This document shows, piece after piece, positions 8,388-19,917 of a stretch of DNA of 25,983 bases; positions within the stretch are counted from its first letter, which is position 1, and every line of letters begins with the position of its first letter. The DNA is from Bugula neritina (taxonomy: Eukaryota; Animalia; Bryozoa): contig CAXIUT010000098.1 of assembly GCA_964035545.1 (NCBI GenBank), positions 1 to 25,983 on the forward strand, given 5' to 3'. The notes beneath the pieces were generated by a model, which was not told the origin of the DNA, did not search any database, and saw only the letters and a list, made by a program, of their open reading frames with translations. The translations under genes were made by a program, and so were the position numbers.

Positions 8388-11300
8388 ATGTTCGCTTTTC
8401 TTCAAAAGAAAATAGCTGTTCCTGCTAATTCAGTCGCTTCAGCTTGTTCTTGGGATACCTATGAAGGGTGGCTAGCTATTGGAGCAAGTGAAGGCTTCCT
8501 TAAACTCATCAAACTCGATAGTCTCAAAACTCAAGGAAACGCCTCTCAAGGAAACTAAAGTGCTGACCTACCCAACCATACAGGAAATATCACTCTTATT
8601 ACTTGGAATGATAAATACAGAAAATTGACTACTTGCGATGCAACTGGAACTATCATTGTTTTCATGAAGTACAATGGGCAGTGGGTAGAAGAGATGGTCA
8701 ATAACAGAAAGACTTCTGTCGTTAAAGATATGAAATGGAGTCCTGATGGATCTAAAGTCTGTATTGCCTATGAAGACGGTAACGTGATAGTGGGAGGAGT
8801 GGAAGGCAACAGGAAGTGGGGAAAAGAATATCAGCACAAAGTTCATATCATTGCTTGGGCTCCTAGTTCAAAGGAATTACTTATTGGTACTAATCTGGGT
8901 GAGGTGTATATGTATGATGAAAATGGATAAATTTTGCATCAACTTAGACTCCAAGGTCTTCAACGTATTGTGTAGCCTTAAAACTTTTTGACTCCTAACA
9001 TACCTCTAGCTGGTATTGAGTGGTACGATGAGGCTCAGATGTATTCTGAGGATGCTCCAGTTGGTCTGTGCATAGCATATCAACAGGGCAGATTGATCTT
9101 GATGAAAAATGATAAAGATGAAGATCCGATTGCAGTGGATACTTCTATGCTTTTGAACAGAGTAAAATGGAATCCTGGAGGGACAATGATCGCTGTTGGA
9201 GGCTGTTCTCTTGAGTATGAATAGAAAAGAGCAGTGGTGAAGTTTTTTGATAGCAAAGGCAATCATCTTAAGAACTTGAGGATTCCTAATGCTGAAACAG
9301 TGAATGACTTAACTTGGTAGGGATCTGGACTGAGAATCGCCATAGCTGCTGGTTCAAGTGTTTACTGTGCAGCTGTAAGACCAAACTATAAATGGTGCTA
9401 TTTATCTAATGGTACTTTAGTGTTTGCTTATCAAAAGACAGATCGGGTGGAGTTTTGTTTAGTATTTTGGGATACTAAATCTGATTAGAAGTATATGAAG
9501 TACGTGAAGGAGTTGACCTAGATAAAAGGAGAAGGCTAGTTTTGTGCGATATTTTCTCATCCTTAAGAAGAAATTACTCAGATTGATCTTTGCAATTCGA
9601 TTGGAACTACAATTTAGACCAAACAAGTTAGTCTTTAGGTATCAGTTTATGCTATGTCAAAGACTCATATTGTTGCATGCTCTTAAAACTTCTGCTACTT
9701 ATGGCAATACAAGAGTCAGACATCAAGACTGACTATGTTTTAGCCTTCAACTCAGGTAGGCTATCGTAAGATGGGTCGATAGATATGTTGGTTCGTTGAC
9801 GATAAACCTGATATCAACCAGATTTATGACATAGACCAATTTGATAATACTAAGGAATCTGAAGATATTATCTGTGCTGTGGCTGTAACTGAGCAGTTAT
9901 TGATTGTGGGAAGAGAAAGTGGAGTTTTGAGGAGATTTACTTTACCTCATATAACTGAGTAACCTAAATTGTTTTGGAAACCTTTGCCTTTATTAATATC
10001 TATTAATAGCGACGGGGCAAGACTTGGATTAATAGATATTACTGGAGTGTTGAATATATTGTAAGTTAATTCTCAAGGTGGAAGTGTACTTTAATTTGAG
10101 AAGAAAGAATGTTGGGCTCTTAAATGGAGTTAAGATCATCCTCAGCAACTATGTTTCATGGAGAAAAGTAAACTTACTACTGTAACTAATGTAACTGTCG
10201 GTCCTCAGATCTCTACTGAAGGTTATATTTGTAGTTTCGATAACTTAAAGGTTACTTACTGCTATCTTGATGATATCATGGTATCTCCTGATGAGAATTT
10301 AAAGGCTGAAGAGCTATTTAACTAACATGATTCAGCTTTACTAAGTGAGTTTAGTGATTTGTTAAAGAAAGAAGGAATTATGAAGGCTATTAAGTTTGTT
10401 TAGGATAATTCTCATCCTTCTCTTTGGAAAATTATAGCAGAAAAGGCTCTTCTTGATTTAGACTATTTGAATGCTGAGCGGGCTTTATTGAAAATAGATG
10501 ACTTCAAAACTCTTAAATATGTCAAAAAATTACAAACTTTGGATGACAGAGAAAAACAAAGAGCATAGATCTACACTCTTTACTCGAAATATGAGGAAGC
10601 TTAAAAGATATATAGAAATATCTAAAGAAAAGATCTGGCTGTTAATATGAGAATCAAGATCGGAGACTTCTATGGAGTTCTTGAGATGGTAAAGGAAGGT
10701 TCCGGTTATGATTAAATTTTAAGCAAAATAACAAATCAACTTGGAAATTTCTATGCATAAAGGCTAGAGTGGGATAAAGCTGCCTAATTCTTTTTGACTG
10801 CTAAAAACTTTAAAGGATTGATTGAAGCATTTACTATGCTAGAAGATTACGACAGTTTGGCTCAAATTATTTAAGAAATACCTGAGAACGATCCTTTATT
10901 GAACGAGTTAGCTGATAGGTTCCAGTTGGCAGGTATGGCTGAATATGCAGTTAAATGCTATGAGAAGTTAGGAGAGTACAAGAAGGCTATTGACTGCTGT
11001 GTATTGTTGAATCATTGGAACATAGCGACTGAGTTGGCTGAAAAACATGGATATGGACAGATAGAAGGTCTGCTACAAAACAGTGCTAATGAGTTGTTGA
11101 TGAAGAACAAGAGACTTGAGGCAGCTGAACTGTATCGAAAGGCTAATCGCAATACTGAAGCTGCTAAGATTTTATCTGGAATAGCTAATCAACTAATCTA
11201 GAAAGAAGGAAAGCCATTATATATCAAGAAGCTTTATGTTTTGGCTGCACTTGAAGTCGATCAGTACAAGAAAAGAATAATTGATTCTACAATGACAGGC

Positions 11301-11976
11301 AATAACGCTAATACTACTCGAGTACATAATGTTTAATATAGACTCTTGATTCATTGATTACAAGTGAGATCAATACTAGTTCTGATAAGATACTTAATAA
11401 TCCTTGGAGAGGAGCTGAAGCTTGGCATTTTTACATTCTTTGTCAACGACAACTCTATATGGGACAGTTCAAATCTGCACTTAAAACTGCTCTTAGACTA
11501 ACTGACTATGAGCTGGATATGGACGCCAAAAAGATATATACTTTAGTTGCTTTGGCTGCCTACTATAATAAGGTAAATAATGCTCTATTTAGAGTTATAA
11601 AGAGTGCTCAAGAGCATTTGTCAAACTCTAAGGTATGGGAACTGCTGAAGAGCGTGAAAGATATACTGATATTGCTGTGAGTATATTTACTAAGCATCCT
11701 CCCAAGGAGACACCGGGCGAGAGGATGAAATGTCCTGGAAGAACATGCAAATAGTCGATAAGTGAGTATGATACTTTATGTCGAGGATGTGGTAGTAACT
11801 ATCCTGCTTGTGTGGTGAGCGGGAAGTCGATAGTGAGTCGTAGTTACTATCGTTGCAAGGCTTGTCGTCATAAGATGTATGATAGTTAGGTGTAGAAGCA
11901 TGAGTTGAAACATTGTGCTTTGTGTCATACTCAAATAGATTTTAGGAAATTTGGACAGAGAAATGACTAAGATTGA
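8388..11976 (+). CDS. WDR35: WDR35/IFT121, IFT-A subunit, 1182 aa; join(8388..11321,11342..11572,11593..11976)
   Basis: MFAFLQKKIAVP start, WVEEMVNNRKTSVVKDMKWSPDG, VGGVEGNRKWGKE, LTWEGSGLRIA, RPNYKW, PWRGAEAWHFYILCQRQLY, C-terminal Cys-rich zinc ribbons. Two 20-nt introns. Confidence 0.97.
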
Positions 11977-12070
11977 TTATCCATGGTTATTAATCATTAT
12001 TAAATCGGTTGATATTGTTGTCTAGTAATAGAATATTATTTGAGTATAACTTGATAATTTAAGAATAAAG

Positions 12071-14362
12071 ATGTACAAACAACCTAAGTTCAATCCTTAT
12101 GGAGGCTTTCCGAATAAATCCAATCAACTCTATTAAGACTAGTATTAAGAATAATCTGAGGGAGAACCTTTGGTTGAAGAAGTTGACTCAAGCTATGAAC
12201 CTACAGATAAAGAGGTCAAAGAATATGCCATTTAAACTTTAGGAATGAGTCTACCTGAAGATCAGGCATTGCTTTATTTGGCTAGATAAGCCTTAAAAGC
12301 TCCTTTGCCTCCTAACTGGGTACCTTATCAGTCGAGAGGAGATGAGGTCTACTATAAACATAGAATAACACAGGAAAAAACATATGATCATCCCACTGAT
12401 ATTGAATACCGTACGAAGTATGAACAACAGAAAGAAAAGGCAGCTCGTAAAAATCTAAAATCGATGAATATGAAGGGCGCTAGTATGTTAGGCGTTGGAA
12501 ATTCAAATTTATTAGGAAATCCCTCTAATTTAATGGGAATGAAAGCAAATAATTCTGGACTAATGAGTGGTTCTACTAACTTAGGTCTGGCTGCTAGTGA
12601 ACAAAATACAGCTATAAAGTTGGATCCTAAAATAGATGAAGAATATGAAGAATAAATAATGAAACTTGAGGAGAGATTGAAACGAGAATGGAAAGAGTTT
12701 TAAAATGATGAAAGAGAGAAGAATGAAGAAAAGATAAAAAAGGCTAAAATAGATTATGAATAAGAATTAGACAGGTTGTATAAAGGGAAAGGAGGAGATA
12801 TAAGAGTTGATGAAAAGTTAAGAGGAGAGAAAGATAAAGTCAGGGAAAGACTTGAATAGTCAATGAAGGCTGATTTGTAAATTGAGTTAAGATAGTATGA
12901 GAGAAGTTTATAGGCAAAGATGGGAGATTTTTCAAGTGTTTATTAATAGGATAGTAAAATCAAGGTAACTAAGTATCAAACTTAAAAATAACATTAGTTT
13001 TAACTTAAATAATAGAGGTTTTCTCAAAATGTTTAAAGGATTTCAAGGATAAAAAACCAGAAGAAAAATGAAAGAGAATAAAAACTTGCACAATTGAAGT
13101 CTGATTTGGAAGGTGGAAGAAGCTAGGAGATAGAGCAGGCTGCAACTGAAGCTCTTGAGCAAGAACTGATCGATATCAGAGATAATTTTAATATGAAGGT
13201 TAAGGAAAAAGAAAATGACCTCTAGAGAGAATATAACGAAACTAAAAGAATATTGGGATTTGACCAGACAAGCTATTTAGCTGAGTTGGCGACTAAAAAA
13301 TCAAGGATGAAAGGAATATCTGACATGAAAGTATAATCTTACAAGAAGAAGGAGATTCAGGCGATAAACCTACAATACCAATCTGACTTGGATGATGAAA
13401 TGAGACGTTTAAGAGAAAAATTGTAAGCATAGTATTCTAGAAAAATAAACTAATAGAGGAGAAGACAAGAGCAGAAGGTGGCTAGTTAGAAGCAGAGAGT
13501 AGATGAGTAGTTGAAACATAAAAGCGAGAGTCAGATATAAACAGTTTACGATGATTTAAAGTTGAAGGTGAGGTCATATGAAACTGAGAGGAATAAGAAG
13601 TTATCGACGCTAAACTAGAAATTTATAAGCGATATACACGATAAGGGTAAAGGTGAGAACAGAGATATAACTGTTCGTTTATAGTTGAAGGAGAAGTAGA
13701 TGATTTTATAGAACAAGAGTCAGATGATCGTGTCATTGAAGAGACAGAAGTAGTTGTAGCAGATAACATTTGATCTTTTGAAGTTGCAAAGCGAGTTGGC
13801 TAAGGCTGGAGATGTGCATAGTGTTGACTAGAAGCTGATGAAGATGGCTAAAAAGTATGATTTGGAGTATAGGACTGAGGAATATTTAGCATATGAGTCT
13901 CAATATAAAGAAATGAAGGGGAGATACAAGAAAGATAAATAGTTTCTAGGATCAGTAATGAGTTCATTACAGGACCATCATCGAGGATCTGCAATTGGGT
14001 CTATTGAAATATTGAGGCAGTACAATGGAGATGTGAAGTTGATGAGATAGAATAGTGAGTTGCTGGGACATTTTGAAATGTTGTTGAAGAAGGCAGAGAT
14101 CAATAATAAGAAGGCTTTGGAGGAGTTGGGTCAGGGAAAGCTCTAATACAAGTAGATAAGATTGAGGAAGGAAATGGTTGATCGTGGTCATGTTCCATCT
14201 GCTTTGCACTAGTTGGAGTAGTAGAATGTGTTGTCTCGTAAGTAAAATACTAATATGAGTGGTCGAGATGTGTAATCAGCTTTGCGAGGACATTCTAAAT
14301 TTTTAACTGAGATGAGACATGAGTTGAACCGGAAGCTGTACAGGTTGAGAGGTTCCTACTGA
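12071..14362 (+). CDS. CEP164: CEP164-like WW-domain coiled-coil protein, 763 aa
   Basis: LVEEVDSSYEPTDKEVKEYA..LYLAREALKAPLPPNWVPY..VYY..DHPTDIEYR matches the CEP164 N-terminal domain. A long Glu/Lys coiled coil follows, with one uninterrupted frame to TGA. Confidence 0.85.
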
Positions 14363-14429
14363 TCGAATAATTTTATCCTTCCTTCTACCTTTTATAACAA
14401 CTGATATTAATTCATTATTGGCGATATTT

Positions 14430-14603
14430 TTGATAAGATATAATAAGATAGTATATTAGATATGATAAGATAGTGTTTTAGATATGATAAGATATGATAG
14501 TATATTAGATATGATAGTATATTAGATATGATAAAATAGTGTTTAAGATATGATAAAGATAGTATATTAGATATGATAAAGATATGATAAGATATGATAT
14601 GAT
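14430..14603. repeat. GATA-rich minisatellite, about 22-bp unit gatatgataagatagtatatta with shorter variants
   Basis: Reiterated gatatgataa / gatagtatatta blocks between the convergent CEP164-like and CFAP69 stops. Confidence 0.85.
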
Positions 14604-14656
14604 GTTGAGTGTTGAGTGTGTTGAATATGAAATATAAGAGGGATTGTTGATATGTA

Positions 14657-17229
14657 TCATTTGATTTGTTTGTTGTGTTTGATGACTTGATAGAATTTCG
14701 ACAGTTAGTTTTATTGATTTTTATTGAACTACTTCAGGATTAGTTGTTGCGTGTTGGTGCAGTTGTTCATTTGTTAGTAGAACTATTAAAGAGCTGTCTC
14801 CATCCAGTGATTGTCGTCTGGAGTGGGTGTAAGATTAGACTATTTTAGTTGTCGTTGAATATCACCCCAAATCTAGCCCATCTTGAAGTGAGGATACATC
14901 TGAATCACCTATAACTTCTGTTGTTCATATGCAGTCAAATCATTTCTTGCAAAGCCTACCCGGTAAAGAATTGAAAATACGATCAATCTGATGTCATACT
15001 GCTCTACTTCCTATCTGATTCTGTTAACTAAATAGGTTTAGGTTCCTGTTTCGGTTAGATCTTTCAGATATGCTGGTTCTGGTAGGTTCTTTTTTGTTAG
15101 TTAAGGAACCAGAGGTTTACTTCTGTTTGTTACTATTCCTTGCTAGTACTTTACTCCATACTTTTAGTCTTATTCTCCATAGAGTTTTATCATTAGTTGA
15201 GTGGCATTTAACATTGTTTTCTAGCTGTTCCATTCTAAAAATTATTTAACTGCTTTAGCGTTTTCAGTTAGGAATGAAACACAAGAAAGAGCCATTTTTC
15301 TATGCACATAATCGCAGGCTTAGATAAATTCAAGGAGATCAAAGAGTCCTTGGGCGCTTAGAAATCTTTCTTATGACCTTCTGCTTCCCAAAACTGCATT
15401 CCAGAGAGCATTAAGAAGAGCAAGACCTAGTAGAACATAGCGATTAGATGAGGCAATATTCGGATCTTTGAGATATGTGATAAGTATATCAACACCATGT
15501 TTTTACCTGAAGAGTTTCTTATTTTTTTTGCATCCATTGCAAAGGTTGGCAATGATGGTGAGACAGAGCTACTTGATTTCAATTGGATTTTACTATCCCT
15601 GCAAAAACTAAAGCAAATAGTCGATAACTCCTTCTTAGCTGATTTTTATTTTATACTATTATTCGAAAAGAGAAGCATTTGCAAAGGCTTTTAGACATTT
15701 TTATCTTCTCTACATATCAGTTGCATTGGATAGGAACTTTGTTAAGCAGAAGATGCCTTTCTTCTATTAGAAGTCGTCTTTCATGTGAAGGACGATATTT
15801 GATAGGACTGAGAGAGTGTGCCCTTGGAGTTCTCTTAGTTGTGGGACTGACCATCTGGTAACAGCATAAGAGGTATTGGCTGAATCAATATACAGTAAAA
15901 GGTATTTGATGAAGTGAGTATTTTTAGCCAGAAGAATAGTGTTACTGTCTCTTGACTAGATTGCATTGAGAAGACCTGACCATAAAAGCTTTTTAAGTTA
16001 TAGATCTTATGCATTAGTACCAAATTGTACTTTACGGTCTGCTTGCCGATTTTTTGATTCATAAAAAGAGGCCTCATCGATTGTGGAGTAATGGAAAAGG
16101 ATTTATAGGAAGGATGACTCGGGTTTTTGGTTTTATATTTATAGTCGAACTAAGAAGAGAGGAATGCACTCAGGAATGGAGAGAAGATAGTTGACTAGTA
16201 TAACTATTTAGTTTCTGAGACATTTATCTTCAAGTTTGTATCCTTCTTTGACTACTCTAACGAGCAACTTTTGCAGTCCAGTGACATATTACTGACTATT
16301 TAGTGCAATAAGACATTATACGCCTACTTCTTCAATGGCTGACCAAAATATTTAGAAACCAGTTCTGATGAGTCCTGACCTGAAATCATCAGTCATCAAC
16401 ATTATTTCCATTACTAAATGTAGAACTCCTCTTTTGCAAAGTTAATGAGCCAATTTCGAGTACATCATCATGTAACTGATGAGCTAGAGGAGCAGATAGA
16501 TAATTTTTGTTTGATTACGATAGTCATATAGAAGCTAGACTATTGTTTATAAGGCCTTAGATTCACTAAGAGCTCGTAGTTGTTTTGTTCCTTGCATCAT
16601 AAGGATAGTTAGAGGCGAGTTTCCATCATTACTGCTTGCTTCTGTGGCCTATTATCGACTTATTATTTATGGAATTTGCCGTTATGCAAATCTTCTTAGG
16701 TAGTCTACAGTTGTTTCTCTTAAACTCTCAAGGGCAGCAGTTGGACTGGTCCATTGTTGATATCTGAGAAGAGGTCTAAATGATGTTAGAAATACTCGAG
16801 AGATGTAAGGAATCCTGGAACGAATTGCATGTATCTGAGTTAATCAGAGCCAGCATTTTTATTGAACATGGAGGAGAAGTCAATGCAGTCGACAGTGAGC
16901 ATGGCTTGTAGGGCAGAAATCATTTATTATACGCCTTGTTCTAGATCACTTTTAGCCAATTGAAAGAGAGTAGTGAGTCCTTCTACTTCTTCATAGAAGA
17001 ATCCATGGGGTCTTTCTTAGCAGAAGTGGATGATGGCTTTAGCTTTTCTGTCGTGTAGGGATTGTGTGTATTATGATTGGAACATATCTATGACTGAGTT
17101 GATGATGGGAGTAAAGGGTAGTCTTAGTTGTCCATTGACTTTTTATCCATAGTTGAAGAACTTGTCGATTGAGTCGATTCCTGTTCTTTGCATTTCTTAT
17201 TCTGGAGAGAATTGAGTTTTAGTTTGCAT
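14657..17229 (-). CDS. CFAP69: CFAP69-like armadillo-fold ciliary protein, 850 aa; complement(join(14657..16775,16796..17229))
   Basis: SLHDRKAKAIIHFCEERPHGFFYEEV..AGSDELRY..EIFWSAIE..KEGYKLEDKCLRNEIVIL resembles CFAP69. One 20-nt intron gives a length divisible by 3. The middle was not read codon by codon. Confidence 0.8.
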
Positions 17230-17292
17230 GGGAAGTTATATTTTAAATACGACTAAATCATACTAATAGCTATTTCATAAAAAGCATCATCA

Positions 17293-17400
17293 GTTATTTA
17301 ACGTTATTTAATGTTATATAATGTTATCTAATGTTATTTAACGTTATTTAATGTTATTTAATGTTATTAAACGTTATTAAACGTTATTTTATGTTTTTTA
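17293..17400. repeat. 10-bp tandem repeat GTTATTTAAY, about 11 copies
   Basis: Column-aligned units acgttattta / atgttattta / atgttatata / acgttattaa upstream of CFAP69. Confidence 0.92.
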
Positions 17401-17455
17401 GTACAATTTATATTGATAATGATAATTATGATACTGAATAAGGAAGTTGAGATTA

Positions 17456-18597
17456 TCAGAGATTGATTTTATGTAGTATATCTATAAATGATTTTTTATT
17501 TTACGGGCTGCTGTTAAAAGTCTTATACATTGAACTATTTATTGACTCTTATCTTTTAGTTGTATACCCTGAATATTATTCATAAACTATTAATGAAAAA
17601 CGCTATTGACTATACTTACAAGATTTATTCTTAACTGATTTCATTGTCTACATATACTCTAGTAACAATTTTACTCCTTACTTTTGACTCATTCCTGTTG
17701 AACTGAACAGCAAATCTTCACCCTCTACTCTTTTCAGCTTACTCACGCAAATATGGCTGGTTAGAATCAGTGCCTCGACAAAACGAGATAGAGTGAAGTG
17801 CTATCCCATTTTAGAGTATGAAGTTTTCAGGTAGAGAGAAGGAGTGAGAAGCGCGAGATGGTTATGTTGATTTTAGTCTAGAACTTAATTATAGATAAAG
17901 AAGAGTTGAGATGCGCTTATGAGTTTCGGAAAGATATCGAAATCTTTAGCAATATCTAGAAAACATTAAAAAGATCTATTTTGGTAATCTTTGTCTTTAT
18001 CTTTGAGAGTGATTTCGAATTAGAAGTATACCTATATAATGAGATGGCTACTTTATAGAGTTTAGTGAGTGAATCTTTTAATTTTACTAGAAACTCTTTG
18101 GTATCTTAGTTGATTTATTATGATTTGATGCCTTTTTTGAAGAGCTATTCTTCTAAAATAATGTGATACATTTTCTAAAAAAGAATTAATAAATTTTTAG
18201 TAGCCTATTCGTCTTCTAACTCTAGTCCTCTTTTCGATGGACTACCATTCACAAAGATACATCTGGCCAGTCCAGGCAGTAACTAAAGAAATTGTGTGAA
18301 ATACAAAGGTTTAGATCTGCCTACAATATCTATGAAGGTACCTTTGGTGTAGTAAAGAGTGCAAATGGACATCCATTTTTGTGAGCGTTTGTTGAGTGAG
18401 ATGCCGGCTAGTTCTAGTATTTATTATACCATTTATGTGTAGTATTTTTAATGCAGTTCTTGGTAGTTATATTTGGACCCTTTTCCTGAGTAGTAAGTGA
18501 AGATGAGTTCTAGCTGTTTGATAGTGGTTTGTTTGTTGTGCTAGAGGGAGTGGTAGGAGCTGGTCTTGTAGGGAGATTACCTTTACTTTTAGAACAT
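17456..18597 (-). CDS. Hypothetical protein, 373 aa, EF-hand-like helical repeats; complement(join(17456..18031,18052..18597))
   Basis: LELIFTYYS..LYFTQFLELLPGLA..LTKLYKVYFEFE..FLDIAKDFDIFPKLISASQLFFIY..GEHFTLSRFVEALI. One 20-nt intron (18032-18051) yields a continuous ATG-to-TGA frame. Confidence 0.8.
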
Positions 18598-18722
18598 CTT
18601 TTATTTATTAATATCAAACTAAATAACATTAAATAAAATTGGTAAAAATTTATTGCATTTATATCACCTTTTTTGACTGATAACTATTTGTATCTTTATC
18701 AACACCCCTATATTCGTCAACT

Positions 18723-18861
18723 TTTACTACTATAGTTATCAACACTTCTCTACTACTGTAGTAATCAACACTCTTTTACTACTGTAGTTATCAACACTCC
18801 TTTACTACTGTAGTAATCAACACTCCTTTACTACTGTAGTAATCAATACTCCTTTACTACT
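18723..18861. repeat. 26-bp tandem repeat TTTACTACTGTAGTAATCAACACTCC, 5 copies plus a partial
   Basis: Copies start at 18723, 18749, 18775, 18801, 18827 and 18853 (partial), head-to-tail with no spacers, in a divergent intergenic region. Confidence 0.93.
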
Positions 18862-18942
18862 CTCATAATCATAACTACTGTTGGTGTTTATGGAGTGGAT
18901 ATCTGTTGTTTGTGGTGATATAATATAATATGATAGATAATA

Positions 18943-19886
18943 ATGGATGAAGGGTTGCTGTCGTGCGACTAATCTTTTGGTGCTGCTGTGTGCATAATGT
19001 GATTATAGTATAAGTTAGTAAGCTGATTGAGTGCACGATAGGAGTCCTTATGTTAATATTGGTGGTGTATGGGATAGTAAGAAGAATATTTAGGGTGTTA
19101 AGATTATCCTTTTATCTATTTTTATCTTTATTTATGGTTCTAACTCTTGTATGTACCACTCAGCTATTATAGTTTCTATTACGTTTGCGATTGATTCTTC
19201 TAAGTTGCTTTTTGCTTTTCTAGCTGTCTACTCTTACGACATTTACTTTTCCATAATAGTTTTAAAGATGGGTTTGAAGCTGATATCTGTCATTAGGTAT
19301 AGAATCAACTATCATCGGTATTATAAAGTTATCGTTGGGGGGTATGTTCTATATCAATTGCTGCTTTTGGGCGCCTTGATTTTCTATGCCATACTAACGG
19401 GCATTTAAGAGTGCAATTGTAATAAGCAGATAACATAGTGAGTCCTGCCTTGGTGGTTAATTCATTGAGTTTGTTGTCGGCCTTGTTATTTGTGATGTTG
19501 GGTGTGATTCACAACAGATAGCAGGAGAACAGGTTGGATTTATCACTGTCCTAAGGGATGTTAAATAATCCTTTGCCTAGATTTAGATGTTGGCTGGTCT
19601 GCAATGTCATTGGCCAAGTGATGGTGTTAGTTGAAACGATAGTACTGAAAGTAATGGGTTGTAGATTTAGTAACGTAATGATGACTATATTTAGGATGAC
19701 GGGGTGAATGCTTTGTGTTATTTGGTGTTTGCTTTTATTAGCTACCACTTGGGAATCGGATCGACTATTTATTTTTACTATGAGAAGAGAGCGGATTCAG
19801 TTCGGAGAGAAGCTGATGTTCCAAGATAGATTTAGATGGTTTATGTGGACCATTTTTAAAATAAAAAATAAAAATAGTCTATCTGA
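18943..19886 (+). CDS. Orphan seven-transmembrane protein, 287 aa; join(18943..18998,19019..19152,19173..19418,19439..19674,19695..19886)
   Basis: Four 20-nt GT-AG introns join seven hydrophobic segments into one ATG-to-TGA frame. The last intron has an equally valid alternative at 19651-19670. Confidence 0.82.
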
Positions 19887-19917
19887 TTGATTAGTTTATA
19901 GTTATATTATAACGTTC

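Noticed and set aside
18723-18861. CRISPR array (26-bp palindromic repeats)
   Set aside because: Units are contiguous with no unique spacers, there are no cas genes, and the context is eukaryotic.
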